From contig NIVC01001625.1 in the NCBI GenBank assembly GCA_002269645.1, positions 1-26,868 on the forward strand: 26,868 bases of DNA. The letters are read 5' to 3'. Shown here in pieces: positions 19,877 through 26,868 of the stretch. Positions within the stretch are counted from its first letter, which is position 1. Each line of letters opens with the position of its first letter. Position numbers and translations under genes: made by a program. This DNA is from Macrostomum lignano. Lineage: Eukaryota. Under the pieces are notes generated by a model that saw only the letters and a list, made by a program, of their open reading frames with translations, had not been told where the DNA came from and made no database searches.

Positions 19877-20491
19877 TTCACTCCCCTGGAGCAGCAGCCC
19901 GTCATGACAGCAGAAGTGAGCAGTTCTGCAAGTGCTCAGCGCTTTGGGAAATGATAAAGTGCGTCACTTATCTTCAAGCAGACGAAGTGAAAATTTGGGA
20001 GCACGAGAGCCACCAGAATGAGTAGACGATAATTTTAGTTTTCTAGTTTGAGAGGATCAAGCTAGGCTGGTTGCTCAAATTGATGTAGAAATTTTCAGCA
20101 AAAAGTTTTTGAAACTTGAGAGCGGCTGCTCGCAGCGGGGGTCCCTACGGTGCCGCTGGGGTGGCGGAGTTTCCAGGACTCAGGCTGAGGGCTGCTTGCC
20201 GCCGCCCAGTGCATCAGGGTGAGCCAGACACGGCTGGTCTGTCAGCTGGGTCAGAGCGGGTGCCTGCCGGATATCAGCTGGGGTCACTTTAGGGTGTCAG
20301 CTGGGGTCACTTCAGGATGTCATCTGGGGTCACTTCAGAGTGTCAGCTGGGGTCACTTCAGGGTGTCAGCTGAGGGCACTTCAGAGTGCCAGCTGGGGGG
20401 GCACTTCACGGTGTCATTGGGGTCACTTTGGGTGTCAGCTGGAGTCACTTTAGGGTGTCAGCTGGGGTCACTTCAGAGTATCAGATAGAGA

Positions 20492-20635
20492 TGTCAGTAG
20501 AAATGTCAGTAGAAATATCAGTAGAAATGCCGGTAGAAATTTCAGTAGACATGTCAGAAGAAATGTCAGTAGAAGTGTCAGTAGACATGTCAGAAGAAAT
20601 GTCAGTAGACATGTCAGTAGAAATGTCAGCAGAGA
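20492..20635. repeat. 12-bp minisatellite (tgtcagtaga(a/c)a), copy 1
   Basis: Inverted counterpart of 24865-25027. Confidence 0.92.
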
Positions 20636-20655
20636 TGCCGGAACTCGCCCCGCAG

Positions 20656-20949
20656 AGGCCGCTGTGCAGTCACTGCTGGTGTGCGAGAAGTCAGCGGCTG
20701 AGCTGAGCTGCCCGGCGGGCGCCATCCAGACGGAGTTCGCCATGTTCGGCAAGTCGGACGAGTTCAGCACGGCCTGCACCAGGACAACCAGCAGCCTGAA
20801 CAACTGCTGGAGCCCGAACTCCCTGAGCTTCGTGCGGGCGCAGTGCGACGCTCGGCAGAGCTGCAGCTTCGTGGCCAGCAACGACAACTTCGGCGGCGAC
20901 CCGTGCCCTGGCAACTACAAGTACCTGTTCGCCAACTACACCTGCCAAG
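20656..20949 (+). pseudogene. Orphan duplicated SUEL (galactose/rhamnose-binding) lectin exon, antisense in SYT intron 1
   Basis: Intact 294-nt frame with 8 Cys, FGK, GGDPCPG and KYL. Acceptor ccccgcag and donor G|GTGAGG are retained. Differs from 24839-24546 at 2 nt. No signal-peptide exon is seen on this strand, so expression is unknown. Confidence 0.8.
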
Positions 20950-21894
20950 GTGAGGCAGCAGCTTGATTGATTGACAGGAGGTGAATCACTCAGAGTGTCA
21001 GATAGGGTCACTTCAGGGTGTCAGCTGGGGGCACTGCAGGGTGTCAGCTATGGGGCACTGCAGGATGTCAGCTGGGGTCACTTCAGGGTGTCAGCTGGGG
21101 GGGCACTGCAGGGTTGAACACTTGAGGTGTGAATTCGAAATGCTACTTAAGCGTGCTCAAGAGCGCACTCTATTATAAAATTACACGCGCTGTTTATTCA
21201 CCAATTTGCCTTCTTAAAAAGCATCTCATAAAATATTAGAACTGTTGTAAAACAATGCTGGGCAGGTGGAGACCCTCGGCAGCAGAGGCGCAGGGAAGGC
21301 CCGGGCAGCTGGACTTTCTCTTGGACTCACCGCAGCCGAAGCAACAAATTAAAAAATTCCCTTTGCGTTTTTGACATTTCCTTTAGGCTCGGCGGGCTGT
21401 CGGCGCCGGCTTGACCCCCCCCCCCGGCCCCCCGGCCGAGTTCATCAACTCTTATGAGAGCTGGGGGTCTTCGGGTTGCTAATTTGGGAAGTTCTCCTGG
21501 GCCCGGCCGCTCTCAAGAATCCTTCATCATTTCTGCGTCGCTCGCTGCTGAGAGGACCGGCCGGGGCTGCCCGGTTCAACAGCCGATTTCGACCTCTAAT
21601 TAGGCGGCGAGGGAGTTGCTACCCGGAAAGGCGAAACTCGCCAACTTCGCGACATCAAATCTCGCTTTTAACTGCGCTGTCGAAGTTGTCAAGCTCTGGC
21701 CTTTGGGACCCTGCGCCCTGTAGGAAATGTGCAGGACAAGCAGGACAACAGCAGGATGTCGGGGGGACTGCTGGCTTTTGCGTCTTCATCAATGCAGGAC
21801 CGGACGGAGATACACAGAGACAGGGGCGTGACAGAGCTGATGCCCAGAAAGAGAAAGACAACACAGAGACGCGACAGAAGAGGACAGATCAGTA

Positions 21895-22212
21895 ACACGG
21901 TGGACAGGACAGATCAGTGCGCAGTAGACAGGACAGGAAGGACAGGACAGATCAGCACACGGTGGACAGGACAGATCAGTGCACGGTGGACAGGACAGGA
22001 CAGGACAGGAAAGATCAGCACACGGTGGACAGGACAGATCAGTGCACGGTGGACAGGACAAAACAGGACAGATCAGCACATGGTGGACAGGACAGAACAG
22101 GGCAGGTCAGCACACGGTGGACAGGACGGAACAGGGCAGATTAGCACACGGTGGACAGGACAGAACAGGACAGATCAGCATATGGTGGACAGGACGGAAC
22201 AGGGCAGGTCAG
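21895..22212. repeat. Variable minisatellite (cacggtggacaggacagatcag with ACAGG inserts)
   Basis: Directly visible; unit length varies. Confidence 0.88.
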
Positions 22213-22223
22213 GCCAACCTAAA

Positions 22224-22552
22224 CTGTAAAACAGGCGGCCTGTGCCAGAGAGCACGGGTAGCCGGCTGAATTCCTGCTGTAAACAGGCGGCCTGTGCCAG
22301 AGAGCACGGGTAGCCGGCTGAATTCCTGCTGTAAACAGGCGGCCTGTGCCGGAGAGCACGGGTAGCCGGCTGAATTCCAGCTGTAAACAGGCGGCCTGTG
22401 CCGGAGAGCACGGGTAGCCGGCTGAATTCCTGCTGTAAACAGGCGGCCTGTGCCGGAGAGCACGGGTAGCCGGCTGAATTCCAGCTGTAAACAGGCGGCC
22501 TGTGCCGGAGAGCACGGGTAGCCGGCTGAATTCCAGCTGTAAACAGGCGGCC
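22224..22552. repeat. 52-bp minisatellite, 6 copies plus a partial
   Basis: ctgtaaa starts at 22224, 22277, 22329, 22381, 22433, 22485 and 22537. One GAATTC per unit. Confidence 0.95.
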
Positions 22553-23049
22553 CTCCTCCCAAGCAATTTTCGGCCTTTGTGAGCCGCCCTCCTCCCTGAG
22601 GGGCCTCCGGCGCAGGGAATTGAAGGGGAGCGGCCAGGCGTGTCCCCCGGGCTTCTCGGTGCCCCCCGCGGCAGTTTCAAGCAGCTCAGCTTATCCAGCC
22701 GAGACCCACTGAAAAAAAGCGAACTTTCATATTTTTAGTGGGAATTTCTTCTCTTGAGTGTTGCTCAGGGGCCGCTTGCGGTGCCCGGCTCAATTAGCTT
22801 AGCTAGTTTGCCAGGCTGTTGGCAAGGAGACTGCGGCTCCTCATTGTCAGATGCCTCAACTGTTGATGCGGGGCGCAGATTACTGCTCGCCCTGAGTAGG
22901 CCCTGGCGATGGATGCTGCCCCTCATTATTTCCCTCTGTGGCGGGCGAATCTCCAGCACAGCACGGGCCTCTAGTTTGCCACTCCTCCTCCTCATCCCTG
23001 CTACTCAGCAATTAAAAGTACAAGCTGGCAGGCAGGTGCCCCGACTCAC

Positions 23050-23386
23050 CGGGCGGCGGCTGCCGGGCCAGGCGGGCCTGCATGACGCGGAGGTCCCGCA
23101 GCGAGTCCTCCAGGCGCTTGTCGAACACCTCCGACTCGCCCGGCGCCGGGGTGGCGAATCGGCGCCTTCGCGACGGCGACAGCGAGGCGGCGTCGGAGAA
23201 GCTCGACCGCTTCGGCGCCAATCGGGTCGGGTCGCAGCCGTCAACTGCCGAGCCGCCGCCAGCGCCACCGCCGCCGACACCGGTGCCGTTGTCTCCGCCG
23301 AGGCCGGAATCCGCGGCGCTGTGCGTGCCGACGCCGCGGAAGCTGGAGCAGCGCCGGGCGCCGACGCCGCTGGTCAGTTGGTGCAT
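23050..23386 (-). CDS. Candidate first coding exon of the synaptotagmin-family gene
   Basis: GGCGCC ATG at 23386 with an in-frame TGA upstream. Reads MHQLTSG..KRSSFSD..EVFDKRLEDSLRDLRVMQARL. Donor CCCG|GTGAGT (phase 1) fits the 17481 and 16468 acceptors. GC3-rich codons. Confidence 0.62.
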
Positions 23387-23905
23387 GGCGCCGGTCCAAA
23401 TTAGCAGTTGGCGCGGCCTCAATCAATTCTTGCTTATCTTCATCCGCCGCCGCAATTAGCGAGCCGGAGGCAGGCAGTGGCCGGCCCGGCCAGTTGCTGG
23501 CTGTGTTTTTGAGCCTCCCTGCTCAGCCCCTCATTGGCTGCCAGCGGGGAGGCGCGCCGGAGACGAGAGCCACAGTAGAGACGGGGGGAGAAGAAGCAGC
23601 AAGATATCGGCTGAGGGAAGTTGTCCCACCCTCTTCTTTGCCTGGAGTTTTAGCGCGCTTTTCCCGTACTCTCGAGTCTTCCCGTGCTGTCTTCCCGCAG
23701 ACGCGGCTGTCTTGTTTGTCTCTCCCGCCCTCCGGCGCTGCCGCGGGAAGCATAAGGCTGAGCCTGCTGTTTTCGATCCTGAGCTGTCATTCAAAATTCA
23801 GCGGCTTGGGGATATTTTACCCTTTCTTTAGGGGATGCATTTCAGCCCCGCCTCTCTGCCGAACTCAGACCTGATCGAGAAAGTCGTTAGGGATCTTTTT
23901 GTTAC

Positions 23906-23926
23906 CTGAGCTGGGCAGGTCGATTT
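23906..23926 (-). CDS. Candidate 21-nt microexon of the lectin gene (EIDLPSS)
   Basis: tacag|AAATCGACCTGCCCAGCTCAG|GTAACA. Symmetric phase 1, matching the lectin exon donor. Splice signals are the only support. Confidence 0.3.
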
Positions 23927-23994
23927 CTGTACTGAGAATTATCATGAGAATGATAATTATCCACTAATATAGATGAGCCCCTTCTCATGTTGAT

Positions 23995-24291
23995 ATGATG
24001 AGTGACAGTCATTGTCAAGCTGAGGTGATGAGTGACAGTCATTGTCAAGCTGAGGTGATGAGTGACAGTCATTGTCAGTCTGAGGTGATGAGTGACAGTC
24101 ATTGTCAGTCTGAGGTGATGAGTGACAGTCATTGTCAAGCTGAGGTGATGAGTGAGAGTCATTGTCAAGCTGAGGTGATGAGTGACAGTCATTGTCAAGC
24201 TGAGGTGATGAGTGACAGTCATTGTCAAGCTGAGGTGATGGGTGACAGTCATTGTGAAGCTGAGGTGATGGGTGACAGTCATTGTGAAGCT
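23995..24291. repeat. 30-bp minisatellite x10 (gtgatgagtgacagtcattgtcaagctgag)
   Basis: Period of 30 visible as two units per 60-nt line. Confidence 0.96.
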
Positions 24292-24545
24292 ATGGAATGA
24301 CAATTAGCGCTATGGCTTTCTCAAACACGCTCGTATTAAAAATGAGGTATTTAATATTCGAATGAGGAAATGAGGAATTCAAAGAGCATTCAGTTTCGAA
24401 GTAAAAGTTCCAACTAAATCTGCTCATGTATTTTCATTTCTGCTCAAAAGGCACCGGGCAGAAGCTGGCAGTGAAGCGGAACTTACCGGATGACAAACCT
24501 GTCGAGTGATTCACCTCCTGTCAATCAATCAAGCTGCTGCCTCAC

Positions 24546-24839
24546 CTTGGCAGGTGTAGTTGGCGAACAGGTACTTGTAGTTGCCAGGGCACGGGTCGCC
24601 GCCGAAGTTGTCGTTGCTGGCCACGAAGCTGCAGCTCTGCCGAGCGTCGCACTGCGCCCGCACGAAGCTCAGGGAGTTCGGGCTCCAGCAGTTGTTCAGG
24701 CTGCTGGTTGTCCTGGTGCAGGCCGTGCTGAACTCGTCCGACTTGCCGAACATGGCGAACTCCGTCTGGATGGCGCCCGCCAGGCAGCTCAGCTCAGCCG
24801 CTGACTTCTCGCACACCACCAGTGACTGCACAGCGGCCT
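24546..24839 (-). CDS. SUEL-type (galactose/rhamnose-binding) lectin domain exon
   Basis: CEKSAAELSC..AMFGK..C..C..VRAQCDARQSCSFVASNDNFGGDPCPGNYKYLFANYTC has all 8 Cys and the DPC and KYL motifs of the SUEL/Gal_lectin family. Symmetric phase 1-1 exon. Confidence 0.92.
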
Positions 24840-24864
24840 CTGCGGGGCGAGTTCCGGCATCTCT

Positions 24865-25027
24865 GCTGACATTTGTACTGACATTTCTGCTAAAATGTCT
24901 ACTGACACTTCTACTGACATTTTTACTCACACTTCTCCTGATATTTCTACTGACATGTCTACTGATATTTCTACTGACATGTCTACTGATATTTCTACTG
25001 ACATGTCTACTGATATTTCTACTGACA
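24865..25027. repeat. 12-bp minisatellite (tttctactgaca), copy 2
   Basis: Lies just upstream of the lectin acceptor on the minus strand. Confidence 0.92.
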
Positions 25028-25476
25028 AACTAGTAGTGCGGTAGGGATATGCGCGGACGCGGTTCTATGGCTGCATTTTGGCTCAGCTAATCCAAGGAGC
25101 CCTAGAAACAGAGCCTGGACAGAAAACCTGAACGATCTGCGGGATGCTGCCATCAAAACACCTCTTGCGACAGATGAAGAGGCGAGTGTGTTTGGTTTAA
25201 TTACAGAGGCTGAAATTCCTGCCTGCCCAGTGACAAGGACACAGTGAACTTGATGGCCACTCCAAAACTATTTGGCCCGAGACGAGGGTCGATCGCGAAA
25301 TTTGCATGCCATCATTTCTGGACACGGCTCAGACCAAATAAATGCATTAAAACAGATGAAAGTTCAGTAATTAGAAAATTTTCTGCTACAAGTTGAGGCA
25401 GCTTCTCGGTGCTGAAATTGCTTTCGGTTTTTCATGCATGGCTGTTTCCATATGCTTTTTGCTGTTGCATCTGCTT

Positions 25477-26196
25477 TCCCGCTGTTCCCTCCCGCTGTTC
25501 CCTCCCGCTGTTCCCTCCCACTGTTCCCTCCCACTGTTCCCTCCCGCTGTTCCCTCCCGCTGTTCCCTCCTGCTGTTCCCTCCCGCTGTTCCCTCCCGCT
25601 GTTCCCTCCCGCTGTTCCCTCCCGCTGTTCCCTCCTGCTGTTCCCTCCCGCTGTTCCCTCCCGCTGTTCCCTCCGGCTGTTCCCTCCCGCTGTTCCCTCC
25701 CGCTGTTCCCTCCCGCTGTTCCCTCCCGCTGTTCCCTCCGGCTGTTCCCTCCCGCTGTTCCCTCCCGCTGTTCCCTCCCGCTGTTCCCTCCCGCTGTTCC
25801 CTCCCACTGTTCCCTCCCACTGTTCCCTCCCGCTGTTCCCTCCCGCTGTTCCCTCCCGCTGTTCCCTCCCGCTGTTCCTCGCGCTGTTCCCTCGCGCTGT
25901 TCCCTCCGGCTGTTCCCTCCCGCTGTTCCCTCCCGCTGTTCCCTCCCGCTGTTCCCTCCCGCTGTTCCCTCCCGCTGTTCCCTCCCGCTGTTCCCTCCCG
26001 CTGTTTCCTCCCGCTGTTCCCTCCCGCTGTTCCCTCCCGCTGTTCCCTCCCGCTGTTCCCTCCCGCTGTTCCCTCCCGCTGTTCCCTCCCGCTGTTCCCT
26101 CCCGCTGTTCCCACCCGCTGTTCCCTCCCGCTGTTCCCTCCCGCTGTTCCCTCCCGCTGTTCCTTACCGCTGTTCCTCCCGCTGTTCCCTACCGCT
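25477..26196. repeat. 13-bp minisatellite (gctgttccctccc), about 55 copies
   Basis: Period 13. The minus strand reads GGGAGGGAACAGC. Confidence 0.97.
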
Positions 26197-26221
26197 GCTC
26201 CAGCCCTTCGCATGAGCTCAC

Positions 26222-26303
26222 CTTCAGTCTGTCCTCCGAAGAAACTGGCGAAGAACAGTATGGCTGCTGCCACTTCAGTGCTCAGATGTTTCTTAGCTGG
26301 CAT
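26222..26303 (-). CDS. Signal-peptide first exon of the lectin gene (MPAKKHLSTEVAAAILFFASFFGGQTE)
   Basis: gcc ATG, a basic n-region and hydrophobic h-region, then donor GAAG|GTGAGC (phase 1) joining the 24839 lectin exon in frame (..GQTE-E-AAVQSLVVC). Confidence 0.75.
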
Positions 26304-26497
26304 GGCTTCTGCTTAATAGCTGGTATATCATTCAGTGGACTCTGACCCTTACAGAAGGCTTCTGTTGGGGTTTTATTGCGTAGTTTATTACCCAAAGGAC
26401 GGATAGAATTCTTGAATTAACTCCACCCAATGCCAACTGCGACTGTGATCACCAGCAATTTGATTGGCTCATTGCTTGCTGTGCCAGAAGCTGGCTG

Positions 26498-26866
26498 AGC
26501 TAAACTGAACTAAACTGAACTGAACTGAACTAAACTGAACTGAACTAAACTAAACTAAACTGAACTAAATAAACTGAACTGAACTAAACTAAACTAAACT
26601 GAACTAAACTAAACTGAACTGAACTAAACTGAACTGAACTAAACTAAACTGAACTGAACTAAACTAAACTAAACCAAACTAAACCAAACTAAACTAAACT
26701 AAATTGAACTGAACTAAACTAAACTAAAGTGAACTAAACCAGACTAGATCAAGACTAAACTAAATTAATTTAAGACACAGGAAGACACAAGAAGCTAACT
26801 AAACTGAACTGAACTGAAATAAACTAAACTAAACTTAACTAAACTAAACTGAAATGAACTAAACCG
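26498..26866. repeat. (AACTA/AACTG)n pentanucleotide microsatellite
   Basis: Directly visible to the window end, with a short interruption near 26740-26795. Confidence 0.95.
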
Positions 26867-26868
26867 AA

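Larger units (their letters stand above)
20270..21112. repeat. 22-23-bp minisatellite (gtgtcagctggggtcacttcagg) split by the lectin cassette
   Basis: The same unit occurs at 20270-20488 and 20991-21112, on either side of the insertion. Confidence 0.9.

Noticed and set aside
22224-22552. Regular 52-bp array (also the 45-, 32- and 30-bp arrays) as CRISPR
   Set aside because: Units are contiguous and near-identical with no unique spacers, there are no cas genes, and the context is eukaryotic.
23902-24303. His/Cys-rich repeat ORFs (MTVTHHLSL, VMSDSHCQAE) as metal-binding proteins
   Set aside because: Products of a 30-bp minisatellite, open on both strands, with no supporting gene structure.
24491-25030. 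8-bp direct repeat (tgacaaac) around lectin copy 2 as a hAT-type TSD
   Set aside because: No terminal inverted repeats, the left copy is 5 nt from the cassette edge, and tgac is shared with the 12-bp array. Copy 2 also has its own signal-peptide exon, so it looks like the parent gene.
25386-26345. About 300-aa repeat ORFs
   Set aside because: 13-bp repeat translations. Only the first 27 codons of the 26303 ORF are supported, ending at a GTGAGC donor.
26498-26868. Terminal repeat as telomere
   Set aside because: AACTA/AACTG pentamers do not match TTAGGG-type repeats and are interrupted by unique sequence.

Overview
Eukaryotic (animal) genomic DNA: GC-rich spliceosomal exons in introns packed with mini- and microsatellites. 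The style resembles the flatworm Macrostomum, but that is inference only. All recognisable genes are on the minus strand. From right to left: (1) a small secreted SUEL/rhamnose-binding lectin gene (signal-peptide exon 26303-26222, lectin exon 24839-24546, 3' end uncertain); (2) a six-exon synaptotagmin-family tandem-C2 gene with no visible transmembrane segment (23386 to about 12532); (3) an OATP/SLCO transporter gene (about 10129 to 5124, continuing beyond the window); (4) a near-intact Ty3/Gypsy LTR retrotransposon (5055 to <1) in an SLCO intron, with a 165-bp LTR, a tRNA-Leu-type PBS, gag, and pol reached by a G GGA AAC slippery site plus an H-type pseudoknot. Most notable: a 99%-identical inverted copy of the lectin exon, with both splice sites, inserted into a minisatellite in synaptotagmin intron 1; and four tandem arrays whose repeat unit is a copy of the neighbouring exon-intron junction. 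Several single-base frameshifts look like long-read consensus errors. All exon models were built by hand from GT-AG signals and phase matching, without transcript evidence.
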